64,000 nucleotides of DNA from Gloeobacterales cyanobacterium (GTDB lineage: Bacteria; Cyanobacteriota; Cyanobacteriia; Gloeobacterales; PMM-0068). A model generated the notes under the pieces. That model searched no databases. It saw only the letters and a program-made list of their open reading frames with translations, and had not been told where the DNA came from. Shown piece after piece: positions 28,966-38,209 of the stretch. The DNA lies in assembly GCA_038245785.1 (NCBI GenBank), contig JBBRSB010000016.1, positions 32,609 to 96,608 of the forward strand. The letters are read 5' to 3'. Position 1 is the stretch's first letter; every line of letters starts with the position of its first letter. Made by a program: the position numbers and the translations under genes.

Positions 28966-30396
28966 TTACTGCTGCGTTAAAGAGACAGTACTTTTTTCCA
29001 GCTGCAGAGCACGAGAGAACTCCGGTGCTTCTGCATAAAAGGGACTTTTGTATTTCAACCGATAGTAAAGCATCGGCACAATACCAATCAGAATTGAACC
29101 CACACTCAAGACGGCAATTGTCCGCTCAAGTTGGGTCAATTGATAAACAAAGAGCATCAACAAAAAGATAGCTGATATCAGCGGCCAAATGCCTTTGAGT
29201 AGCAGGGTCGGCAGGTTTTGCGCCAATTGCTGACGATAATACCAGACACAGGCAAATCCAGTCATCGCGTAGTAGACCGAAACCTGAACGCCAATCGCGC
29301 CGATTAAGCCTGTCATCACTTCACCCACACTAGGACTGGCACTCGATCCAATCAATAGCAGCAGCGCGAGAATGCCAATGACAAAGGTGGCTAACCAGGG
29401 TGTTTGAAAGGTCGGATGCAAGTCCCCAAAGCGTTGGCTAATGACACGATCGCGAGCCATCGAAAACAGCGTACGCGAACATTGTGTTAATTGCGTTTCG
29501 ATCGTCCCCACCGTACTCACCAGCACGGCCAGCACTGCAATGTTTCCCCAGGGATGCGGTAACACCTGATTCCCCAGCACGGCCAGCAAATTTGCTCCAG
29601 CCTTGTCAATTTGTTCGGGGGTCATGCCTATTTGGACGAGGTTCTGAATCATTTGAAACAGGAAAAAAACGCCAATCATGCCCAAAACGCCGCTGTAGCC
29701 AGGAGTTGAGTTCGAGCCTCTAGTCTCTTCAGCCACATTTGAAGAAACATCCCACCCAAAATAATAGAAGGTGGCAATTAACATCCCCGCCATAAAGGTC
29801 TTAAAGTCGCCAAAGCCAGTGGGTGAGAGCCAATTCCAGGAAAATGACTGCACTGGAACCGTAGAAAATTTGACCAGTGCCCCGATCGCCAGGGCCAGCA
29901 AACTAATCACTTCAATCGCTGTCATCAAACGCTGAAATCTAGCTGCAAAACCTACTCCCATTACGGTAATAGTGGCGACGGCAATAAACCATAAACTGCC
30001 TACAAGGGTCGCTAAGACCAAGTTCTCGGACCATTCGGTTGAAAATAACGATAGGGTGGCAACCCCGATCGGCAACGATGCTGCTGCCATAAAGAGGGTG
30101 CTCAAACTTAGGAATGTCCAACCCGACAGAAACCCCAAGGATGGCTTAATCGTGCGACCTACCCAGGCATAGGAAGCGCCTGCGTCCGATCGCCATTGGT
30201 TGAGATACATAAATGCAAAAGAAATGCCGAACATGGGAATAGCCGCATACAGCAATGCCGCTGGGGAAGCCAATCCCACAGCGGCAACGAGGGTAGCAGT
30301 CGTGGCATTGAGTGAATAAGAAGGAGCTGATCCAGCCACCGCCAAAGTAACCGTATCGATCAACCCGAGTGCCTCCTTCTTTAAACCTTTAGACAT
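28966..30396 (-). CDS. APC family amino acid permease
   Basis: About 12 TM segments; GSAPSYS, F.YFGWD...NVAEE, R.LFSMARD. Confidence 0.9.
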   Translation of the reverse strand: MSKGLKKEALGLIDTVTLAVAGSAPSYSLNATTATLVAAVGLASPAALLYAAIPMFGISFAFMYLNQWRSDAGASYAWVGRTIKPSLGFLSGWTFLSLSTLFMAAASLPIGVATLSLFSTEWSENLVLATLVGSLWFIAVATITVMGVGFAARFQRLMTAIEVISLLALAIGALVKFSTVPVQSFSWNWLSPTGFGDFKTFMAGMLIATFYYFGWDVSSNVAEETRGSNSTPGYSGVLGMIGVFFLFQMIQNLVQIGMTPEQIDKAGANLLAVLGNQVLPHPWGNIAVLAVLVSTVGTIETQLTQCSRTLFSMARDRVISQRFGDLHPTFQTPWLATFVIGILALLLLIGSSASPSVGEVMTGLIGAIGVQVSVYYAMTGFACVWYYRQQLAQNLPTLLLKGIWPLISAIFLLMLFVYQLTQLERTIAVLSVGSILIGIVPMLYYRLKYKSPFYAEAPEFSRALQLEKSTVSLTQQ

Positions 30397-30609
30397 TGCC
30401 TTACTCCGTTGTTGTATTTGTTGTGAATAATTTCAACCATGCAATCGCTTACATAATGGACGTGCTCAAGCCTGCCCGAGCCTATGTGAGGCCCGAGTTC
30501 CGATATAGGGCAGGAAGCATTCCCACGTATTTAAGATGAGGGCTATATTCAAATTCAATTAGCTGTTAGCTGTTGTATTCTCAAGCACATAATTGACTTG
30601 AATGTTGTG

Positions 30610-30760
30610 GCTCCCTTCTCGGCTTCGCCTACTGCCTCAATGCTCCTACGGAGCGCAGTACTTTGTGCTGGACACGGCTCCGCTCAGGGAACAATGCAAA
30701 GTCGAAGGGAAGCCAAGTTCTCTGAGCAGAATTAAGTTCCCTGAGCGGAGCCGAAGGGAA
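30610..30760. repeat. REP doublet 2; first unit carries a 57-bp insert
   Basis: gctcccttc[30619-30675]ggctccgctcaggga and ttccctgagcggagccgaagggaa (30737-30760). Confidence 0.85.
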
Positions 30761-30781
30761 GGGAATAATTTTGGAGGAGTG

Positions 30782-31212
30782 ATGCCCTATATGTATATGC
30801 TTGAGTGTGTTGATGACAGCTATTACACGGGCAGCACGACTAATTTAGAATTCGGCTGGAGCAGCACCAAAGTGGTTACGGGGCAAAGCATACGGCGAAG
30901 CGATTACCTGTGAGGTTAGTCTACTGCGAGTTTTTTGAGCACGTGGCGAATGCGTTCTATCGCGAGAAGCAGGTGCAGGGCTGGAGCCGCAAAAAGAAGC
31001 AGGCATTGATTTCGGGAGATACTAATCTATTGCATAAGCTGGCTGCATGTCAGAATAAGAGCCATTATTTGCTCCCTATGCTTCCTTCGGCTCCCTTCGA
31101 CAAGCGTTCGACTGAGGCTTCGACGGTGAGCTCAGCCGAACCGCTCACGCCGAAGTCTCAGGGCAGTGCGCTCAGGGAGCAAAAGCCCAAGCCAACGGAA
31201 GATAAGAGTTGA
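30782..31212 (+). pseudogene. GIY-YIG (UPF0213-like) nuclease with a frameshift
   Basis: MPYMYMLEC.D.SYYTGSTTNLE, then a frame change at ~30852 gives RLEQHQSG.GAKHTAKRLPV.LVY.E...AF.REKQVQGWSRKKK. Confidence 0.85.
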
Positions 31213-31276
31213 TGAATGTTCTTTACACATCTACTTCCATTCATACATCTTGCTGGCTGAGCGAAGTCGAAGCCAG
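31084..31276. repeat. REP doublet 3; first unit carries nested inserts
   Basis: ccttcggct[31093-31167]gcgctcagggagc and ttgctggctgagcgaagtcgaagccag (31250-31276). Confidence 0.8.
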
Positions 31277-31285
31277 GGAGCAAAG

Positions 31286-31930
31286 ATGAATTTGGAAAGT
31301 ATGAATCTAAGATGGGAAAAATTGCTTCTCCAATTTGGAGTAGAGCAACAAATGGCTCAGAGCTTATTTTTAGATTTGAGCAGGTTCTATTCCAGCCCAG
31401 AGCGTCACTACCATACCCTTACCCACATCCAGCACTTTCTCTCTGTAGTGGAAACGCTTACTCCAAAAGCAGAAAACTTGGCAGCTATTGAATTTGCTGC
31501 TTGGTTTCATGATCTTATCTACGATTCCAATGCTAAGGATAATGAGGAAAAAAGTGCTGACTATGCAGAATCTATTTTGAAAAGTCTAGCTATTCCAGGA
31601 GAAGTCATCGCTCAAGTTAAACGATTAATTCTCAGAACCAAGAGTCATCAAATCACTGAAGAAGATGACCTCTACACCAAAATCATGCTGGATGCCGATT
31701 TAGCTATTTTGGGCGTAGAGGATGCCGAGTATAGGAGATATGCCCAGGCTATAAGGTGGGAATATAGCTGGGTAGGAGATGAGGACTATTGGAAGGGAAG
31801 AACGCAATTTCTCCAGAGTCTTCTGGAAAGACCAAAAATATACCAGACAGAAGAGGCTTTTGAGGCCCTGGAAACAAAAGCAAGGAATAATCTTAGGGAA
31901 GAGCTCAATTCTATGCGCCACTTAAGCTAG
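31286..31930 (+). CDS. Predicted metal-dependent HD-superfamily phosphohydrolase
   Basis: Y..PERHYH.L.H, WFHDLIYD, DNEE.SA, LDADLAILG; GGAG RBS. Confidence 0.88.
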   Translation: MNLESMNLRWEKLLLQFGVEQQMAQSLFLDLSRFYSSPERHYHTLTHIQHFLSVVETLTPKAENLAAIEFAAWFHDLIYDSNAKDNEEKSADYAESILKSLAIPGEVIAQVKRLILRTKSHQITEEDDLYTKIMLDADLAILGVEDAEYRRYAQAIRWEYSWVGDEDYWKGRTQFLQSLLERPKIYQTEEAFEALETKARNNLREELNSMRHLS

Positions 31931-31938
31931 GAGGAGAA

Positions 31939-32412
31939 ATGAGTCAAAATACGGTTCTTCATCTTCTAAAGGCGAAGGACATTGAAGCGATGCAGGCGAC
32001 CGTGAAGGTACATGGTCTAAATCCAAAGGCCGTGAGACATACTAAATCGCTTGGTGACCTGCTTGGGATGTCCCATTTAGGAATTCATCTGGTGCGCGTA
32101 GAGTCTGGAAAAGAGACAACCCAGTTCCACTTTCATCATCAGGAAGAAGAATTTTTGTATATTATTTCTGGCCGTGGCCTGGCAGAAATCGGGGATGAAC
32201 AGGTTGAAGTCGGACCTGGGGATTTTATGGGATTTAGTGCTCCATCTCTTCCCCATACGGTGACCAACCCTTTTGCGGAAGATTTGGTCTACCTCATGGG
32301 CGGGGAACGACGTAGCTTTGATATATGTGATTATCCAAGATTACAGAAACGACTTTTTCGAGTTAAAGACAAGCGTCAATTAATAAATTGGGCGGATCTA
32401 CATGAGTTCTAA
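31939..32412 (+). CDS. Cupin domain protein
   Basis: HFHHQEEEFLYI.SG.G, GDF.GF..P..PH. Confidence 0.88.
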   Translation: MSQNTVLHLLKAKDIEAMQATVKVHGLNPKAVRHTKSLGDLLGMSHLGIHLVRVESGKETTQFHFHHQEEEFLYIISGRGLAEIGDEQVEVGPGDFMGFSAPSLPHTVTNPFAEDLVYLMGGERRSFDICDYPRLQKRLFRVKDKRQLINWADLHEF

Positions 32413-32605
32413 GGAAAGTGTCTGGACCAAAAAGCCTTGGTGGTGCCAGCCTTGGTCTATTCTGCTCACCGGATTTAGCTTGTTGACCGGGCTGTATTTC
32501 ATCTTTCAGCTGAACTGGCCTCTCTTTGTTCTCGGCACCCCGATCGTGATGTGGATGGTCTTTTTCGTAGGGATTTATCCCGGTATGGTCGAAGGCCAGA
32601 AATAA
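32402..32605 (+). CDS. Small cyanobacterial membrane protein (DUF6737-like)
   Basis: W..KPWWCQPWSILLTG motif. Confidence 0.75.
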   Translation: MSSKESVWTKKPWWCQPWSILLTGFSLLTGLYFIFQLNWPLFVLGTPIVMWMVFFVGIYPGMVEGQK

Positions 32606-32650
32606 TGCTGGTTGATCAACTTGAGCAATTGCTCACCACGCTTAAGCAAT

Positions 32651-33895
32651 TTAACCCGTAAATTTCTTGAAGATCAGAGAGCCATTGTGTCCGCCGAATC
32701 CAAAAGAATTGGACATCGCGTAGTTGATGGTGCGTGCCTTTGCTACCTTTGACGTGTAGTCCAGGTCGCAAAGTTCGTCAGGAGTTTCCAGATTGATGGT
32801 AGGAGGGACTAGATTGTTCTGCATAGCCAAGATGGATGCTATGGCTTCTATACCGCCCGAAGCTCCCAAGAGATGCCCCGTCATCGACTTGGTAGAGCTG
32901 ATAGATACCTTATGGGCATAGTCTCCTAGGGCCGTCTTGATCGCCAGGGATTCATTGGCATCATTGCCTGGGGTGCTTGTGCCATGGGCATTGAGGTAAT
33001 CTAACCGCTCCGGCGAAATTCCAGCATCTTTCAGGGCCAGACGCATGGCTCGAGCGGCCCCTTCATGACCAGGGACAGGGGCAGTCATGTGATAGGCATC
33101 GCAGGTCAAGGCATAACCCACTAGTTCGGCATAGATTCTCGCCCCTCGTGACTGAGCGTAGGTGAGCTCTTCTAGAAGTAAAATGCCGCAGCCCTCCCCC
33201 AAGACAAACCCATCTCGGTCTTTATCAAAGGGGCGACTGGCGTGTTGCGGATCATCGTTCCTAGTTGAAAGGGCTCGAGCAGCCGCAAAACCAGCAATAC
33301 ACAGTGGGGTAACGACTGATTCCGTCCCTCCACAGATCATCGCTTGAGCGTGTCCCATCTGAATGATCCGGAAGGCATCGCCAATAGCATTGGTTCCTGC
33401 GGTACAGGCCGTCACTGTACAGGAGTTCGGTCCTTTCGCTCCCGTATGAATCGCAGCTTGGCCCGAAGCCATATTCGAGATCATCATCGGCACCATAAAC
33501 GGGGAACAGCGGTCCGGTCCTTTTTCTAAGAGAATGGTTTGCTGTTCTTCCATAATGCGGAGGCCGCCCACGCCGGAGCCAATCAAAATGCCCACCTGCT
33601 CACTATTCAGGTCATTGATCGCAAATTGAGCATCTTCCAAAGCTTGAATAGAAGCCGCCACCCCAAACTGGGTGAAGCGGTCCATGCGTTTGGCTTCTTT
33701 TTTATCAATGAATTTGAGGGGATCAAAACCTTTCACTTCCGCAGCAAAATGCACTTTTTGGTTGGAAGAATCAAACTGGGTAATCGGTCCTACCCCATTC
33801 TTGCCCGTACTCAGGCCAGTCCAAAAGTCTGCCAGGCCATTGCCTATAGGGGTAAAACAAGCCATGCCTGTAACGACAACGCGGCGCTTCTCCAT
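32651..33895 (-). CDS. fabF: 3-oxoacyl-ACP synthase II
   Basis: RRVVVTG, TAC, NAHGTST, STKSMTGHLLG, SNSFGFGGHN. Confidence 0.97.
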   Translation of the reverse strand: MEKRRVVVTGMACFTPIGNGLADFWTGLSTGKNGVGPITQFDSSNQKVHFAAEVKGFDPLKFIDKKEAKRMDRFTQFGVAASIQALEDAQFAINDLNSEQVGILIGSGVGGLRIMEEQQTILLEKGPDRCSPFMVPMMISNMASGQAAIHTGAKGPNSCTVTACTAGTNAIGDAFRIIQMGHAQAMICGGTESVVTPLCIAGFAAARALSTRNDDPQHASRPFDKDRDGFVLGEGCGILLLEELTYAQSRGARIYAELVGYALTCDAYHMTAPVPGHEGAARAMRLALKDAGISPERLDYLNAHGTSTPGNDANESLAIKTALGDYAHKVSISSTKSMTGHLLGASGGIEAIASILAMQNNLVPPTINLETPDELCDLDYTSKVAKARTINYAMSNSFGFGGHNGSLIFKKFTG

Positions 33896-34014
33896 CAAAC
33901 GGATTCTCCTAGATCTAAGCCAAATGTTCCTACTCTTAAGATTAGCAGTCCCTTGTCTTACCTCAAGCGCGTCTGCTTTGCTGATATTAGAATCAGTACA
34001 CTCCGGCACGCACT

Positions 34015-34686
34015 ATGCTCGTACCCATCAATATCCAGAGAATTCTATTTTTTACGGTCTGGCTACTCTTTCTGGGATATACCGTATTCTTTGCTCCACC
34101 GAGTGCTCCGGATACCCCTGAGCTCCTCACAAAACTTATTTTGGCACAAATAGAAGGACTTAACCCTCTGGTGGTCGCCCTATTCAATATCATGGGGGTC
34201 CTGCCGATTTGGTACTGGTTTTTGCTCGTACCTGATAGTCGGGTCCAAAAAATTCCAGTTTGGCCTTTTGCTTTGGGAATGCTGGCGTTTGGGGGATTTG
34301 TTTTGCTGCCTTATTTGGCCCTGCGTAGGCCCTCTTCTGCTCCTCCTCAAGCACCACCGTCACAAAAGCCTTTGTCTTGGATACAGCGAATTTTTGATAA
34401 TCGCTGGTTCGCATTGATTGCGGTTCTAGGAGTATTTGGACTTGGATTCTATGGTTTGCGTCAGGGAAATTGGACAAACTTTGTGGCTCAATTTCAAACG
34501 GTTAGGTTCATCCATGTGATGAGTCTGGATTTTCTATTGCTCTGTACCTGCTTGCCTATCTTAATTCAGCAAGATCTCAGCTACCGGGGACTCACAGAGC
34601 AAGATTTACTATGGAAACTTGCACTAATTCCACTTTTAGGGCCAGCCCTCTATTTAGTACTGCGTCCTCCGCTATCATCGCAATAG
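34015..34686 (+). CDS. DUF2834-like membrane protein
   Basis: LFN.MG..P, WPF....A.G.F.LLPYLALR, FIHVMSLDF. Confidence 0.75.
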   Translation: MLVPINIQRILFFTVWLLFLGYTVFFAPPSAPDTPELLTKLILAQIEGLNPLVVALFNIMGVLPIWYWFLLVPDSRVQKIPVWPFALGMLAFGGFVLLPYLALRRPSSAPPQAPPSQKPLSWIQRIFDNRWFALIAVLGVFGLGFYGLRQGNWTNFVAQFQTVRFIHVMSLDFLLLCTCLPILIQQDLSYRGLTEQDLLWKLALIPLLGPALYLVLRPPLSSQ

Positions 34687-35025
34687 CATCACTAGCCAGA
34701 AGAAGTAGCCGCCGTTTAAGACAACTGTGAGCATGGCTCCAAACATGACACCCGTTTTCTGGCCGATTTTCTGTTGTTCTTGCAACCAAGCGAGAAGGGG
34801 AACAACATAGATAAATTGGGTTAATCCAAGCAGCAACAGCGCAAGTATTGAGAAATAAGTGATAGGCGAGCTAAGCGTGTGTGCCCATCCGCCCCATCTG
34901 GATACGGCATTGCTCCCTAAGATAATAAAAATCCCGCTGATGATAGCTAAGACATGCATTCCCATAGTAAGCAAAACGCCTGAAAAGATCTCCAGGGGAT
35001 CACTTCTACGCAGTGTCGTATTCAT
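34675..35025 (-). CDS. Hypothetical membrane protein
   Basis: Three hydrophobic segments; GLTQF.YV.P. Confidence 0.6.
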   Translation of the reverse strand: MNTTLRRSDPLEIFSGVLLTMGMHVLAIISGIFIILGSNAVSRWGGWAHTLSSPITYFSILALLLLGLTQFIYVVPLLAWLQEQQKIGQKTGVMFGAMLTVVLNGGYFFWLVMLLR

Positions 35026-35230
35026 CGGATTGGTATATCTACAGAGGTAATAAGGTGTCTATAGTGACATCTGAAATCCTAATTAAACGGAAGAGTAACA
35101 AAACTATAAAGTTATACGTTACAGGCTAGCGTTAAAGTGAATGCAGAACATCTATATTTGTACAGCAGTACTTCACTTCAATGAATCTAGAAGAGACTGC
35201 TGCCTGTCTTCTTATGAGGAGTATGAAATT

Positions 35231-36517
35231 ATGAAACTTAAATCGCCTACTCAGCTTGTAGCAGTATGTGCCCTTATGTTGAGCCCCTTAGGGTTTGCTC
35301 CTAATGTCGTTTTTGCTCAAGCGCAACAAGCTCAGCAAGCTCAAAAGGTAGAACGGTCAAAAACGACAGAGTCTGCTCAGACGCCAGAGGTCTCCCCAGT
35401 CACAGAGAGTTCTTATGCCAAAGGACTGGGTCGCTATAGTCAAGGACAGCCCCAAGAAGCACTCAATGAATTCAATCAGGCTTTGAAAGATGATCCAAAA
35501 TCTGCGGTCGCTTATGTAGGCAGAGGACTCACTTATCTTGCCTTGGGCAATAAAGAATCTGCGCTCAAAGATTTTAATCGGGCTTTGATTATTAACCCAA
35601 ATTTAGCAGAAGCCTACGCAAACCGAGGGCTTGTTCATGCTGATATGGGAGACAAGCAAGCTGCCCTTGAAGATTATACCCAATCTCTAAATATCAATCC
35701 AAAATCTGTTTTTGCCTATGCAAATCGGGGTTTGGTCCGTGCCGATTTGAATGACGAGAAAGGAGCGATCGAAGACTATAGTCAGGCGCTGAGCCTGGAT
35801 CCGAAAGATGTTTTTTCTTACCATTATCGAGGTCAGGCTCGGGCTAAGGCAGGAGATCGGAAGGGAGCGCTTGAAGACTACAATCAAGCAATCAGTCTTA
35901 ACTCACAAGATGCTCTTATCTACCAAAGTAGAGCAGAAGCTCATTATGATTTGGGTGATAAAAAAGCAGCGATTGAAGACTATACACAAGCTATTAATAT
36001 TGCACCCAAGTCTGATAACGCCTACGTAAACCGGGCTAATATCTATTTCGAGCTGGGAGACAAAAAGGCGGCCCTTAAGGACTATGATGAAGCTGCTAAA
36101 ATCAATCCTCAATCAGCGATTGCTTACTACAATCGAGCAATAGTGCGGGCTCGTTCAGGAGATAGAAAAGCTGCCATTACAGACTATAATCAAGCCCTGA
36201 CTATTAATCCTAAATATGCAGATGCCTATGTCAGCCGTGGTATTGCACGAGCTGGTCTTGGTGATTTTCGAGGAGCTTTTGATGATTATCAAGTAGCTCT
36301 GAATTTAACTCCCGAGGATGCCACTATTTATGCGAATCGTGGAGATGCTCTGCTTGGTTTAGGAGATAAAAATAAAGCTCTGGAGGACTATCAAAAAGCA
36401 GCTAGTCTTTTTAATTTAAAAGGCGATACTGAGCGTTCTCAAAAATTATTAAGCACCATCCAGAAGCTTCAACCAGCGCCCACTTCAAAAAAAAGCTCTC
36501 CTAAAGTCACACCTTAA
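35231..36517 (+). CDS. Secreted tetratricopeptide-repeat protein
   Basis: Signal peptide; about 10 repeats of AY.NRG.....GD...A.EDY.QA..INP. Confidence 0.92.
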   Translation: MKLKSPTQLVAVCALMLSPLGFAPNVVFAQAQQAQQAQKVERSKTTESAQTPEVSPVTESSYAKGLGRYSQGQPQEALNEFNQALKDDPKSAVAYVGRGLTYLALGNKESALKDFNRALIINPNLAEAYANRGLVHADMGDKQAALEDYTQSLNINPKSVFAYANRGLVRADLNDEKGAIEDYSQALSLDPKDVFSYHYRGQARAKAGDRKGALEDYNQAISLNSQDALIYQSRAEAHYDLGDKKAAIEDYTQAINIAPKSDNAYVNRANIYFELGDKKAALKDYDEAAKINPQSAIAYYNRAIVRARSGDRKAAITDYNQALTINPKYADAYVSRGIARAGLGDFRGAFDDYQVALNLTPEDATIYANRGDALLGLGDKNKALEDYQKAASLFNLKGDTERSQKLLSTIQKLQPAPTSKKSSPKVTP

Positions 36518-36574
36518 GAGAGCTGAGAGAAGAGTAAAGAGAAAAGAAAGATCAAGTGAGGAGAAAACAGGAAC

Positions 36575-37294
36575 CTACTGGATTTGGAAATCTCTATCTA
36601 AGGTGAGTTGGAGATCGGTATTCGCATCCAGAACTACCACTTGGGGGGCTGTAACGTTACCGACGGCAGCACCAGCGGCGGCACCAGCCAATACTTCTTC
36701 TGTAGCAATGGCCCGGTCTCCTGTCAAACCGCCTAGGACCACACCGCCTAGAGCACCGATGGCGGCATCTCCGGCGATGGCTCCTGTACTGGTTTCGCGA
36801 GGGTCTTTCACATCGTTGATCACTTTAGATTGGGCAGAGAGGGCATAGCTACGGCCATTGATAGCGATGCTCCGAGCAAGGAAGCGGGTGCCACCTGGAG
36901 CAGGCTCAAACCGTCCAGCCACAACGCTACCGAAGGGTAATAGGGTTCTCCCTTGGCTATTCTTTACGGGCTGACGTAGCTTGAACTCGAAGTCCCGACG
37001 CTCATTGGGGGCAATGTAGACTTTTTCACCTTCATAGCCAACGATGACAGGGGTTCCGGCTTGGAGGGTTGTGGCTTCAGCACTAAACTGGGGGACTGAG
37101 GCAACAGGGGCAGGAGCGGGAGTAACTGCGGGTCTGGTCATGACTACTTGTTTGCGGATGTAGTAATTATTGCGGGTGATATAGGTTCTGCGATACTTTA
37201 CGCGAGCCTCAGCTGCTGGAGAAAACGCAACAAAGGCAGCAGAGGAGAGCAAGCTCATGACCAACGCAACGTTCAAAAAAGCAGACGATTTCAT
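36575..37294 (-). CDS. Secreted hypothetical protein with TrbI/VirB10-like beta domain and glycine zipper
   Basis: Signal peptide; L.AGT, G..L.P.GS.V.G.F.P, GAAIGALGG...GAAAGA. Confidence 0.7.
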   Translation of the reverse strand: MKSSAFLNVALVMSLLSSAAFVAFSPAAEARVKYRRTYITRNNYYIRKQVVMTRPAVTPAPAPVASVPQFSAEATTLQAGTPVIVGYEGEKVYIAPNERRDFEFKLRQPVKNSQGRTLLPFGSVVAGRFEPAPGGTRFLARSIAINGRSYALSAQSKVINDVKDPRETSTGAIAGDAAIGALGGVVLGGLTGDRAIATEEVLAGAAAGAAVGNVTAPQVVVLDANTDLQLTLDRDFQIQ

Positions 37295-37666
37295 GGTTTC
37301 ATTCCTTCAGAAGTTTGGGCAGAAGCTGTGTGATTAACCTGAGGGCGCAAGCACCCTTTTTTTAGTGCGTCCTGCGCTTTGACTCTTTCAGTTTCTGAGA
37401 TCTGACCAAGGAAACATATTGTCCAAAACGTAAGTTCTTCTTGTTGAACCCGTAGGTTCTTCTACGCTCGAACGAATGTGCGCCTGCGTACTAAAGCCGA
37501 TGGATTTACTTTATAAGTACTCGTCAGAAGCAATGTCCGCTCTGGGAGGGACTGTGGAGAAGAGGGCACTCGCTCACGTTTAGCAAGATTACTCTTCTAA
37601 TCCCTTCTAATGAAGACTGTTTAAGACTGTTCCGGCCAGGTTTGCTTATCAAGCAGGTTGCCGTTC

Positions 37667-37954
37667 TTAGACAGTCACAGATAGTTTTAAGCCTAATTCT
37701 CTTGAGAGTGCGGTGAGCACTAGCAGTCCTGGAGCTTCTCCCTGAGCAAGCAACTGGTAGCAGTTTTGCCAATCAAAATCAGGTTTGGATGAAGCGACCA
37801 TCAGACTTCTACGGGCTTCTGCTACATTCTTTAATGCCAGCAGAATATGCTTAGAGTCGCCATCCTCTAGGACAGCATCTAGATAAGCAGCCGCCTCTGC
37901 CGGATCTTTCAAAGATTCGATCAGATAGGAGTGGTAGCTCTTGTGGGTTGGCAT
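37667..37954 (-). CDS. Addiction module antidote (HigA-like antitoxin)
   Basis: LIESLKDP.EAAAYL..VLE.GD...LLALK.VAEA...LGLKLSV. Confidence 0.85.
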   Translation of the reverse strand: MPTHKSYHSYLIESLKDPAEAAAYLDAVLEDGDSKHILLALKNVAEARRSLMVASSKPDFDWQNCYQLLAQGEAPGLLVLTALSRELGLKLSVTV

Positions 37955-38050
37955 TTTGTCTTTCCTGAAAATCCGTCCAGTACTGCTTTGCTCTGAGAAT
38001 ATCTCGATCTTGGGTGTTTTTATCCCCGCCGCAGAGCAGAAAGATGATGG
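37851..38050 (-). pseudogene. 3' fragment of a RelE-like addiction module killer gene
   Basis: TIIFLLCGGDKNTQDRDI.RAK.YW; overlaps the antidote start. Confidence 0.85.
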
Positions 38051-38209
38051 TTAGACTGCCTAAAGTTATCAAAACTTTTTAGCAACGTATTGTTAAAACC
38101 GAAAGATTTTTCAATGACAGTATATTTTCAACCGTTATAGTTTAGTAAAGCAATCTAACAATAGCCCTGAGCCAGACGGGAGGGCGCTGACATATTACTC
38201 TAAGCTAGA

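Noticed and set aside
30575..30588. NtcA-like GTG-N8-TAC (minus strand) upstream of the permease
   Set aside because: Imperfect, with no properly spaced TAN3T box
37342..37363. Plus-strand terminator-like hairpin with a T tail
   Set aside because: No plus-strand gene directly upstream; an sRNA cannot be supported from sequence alone
38153..38200. Second attC beginning ATCTAAC upstream of the cassette genes
   Set aside because: No matching L' or GTTRRRY R' box; at most a degraded remnant
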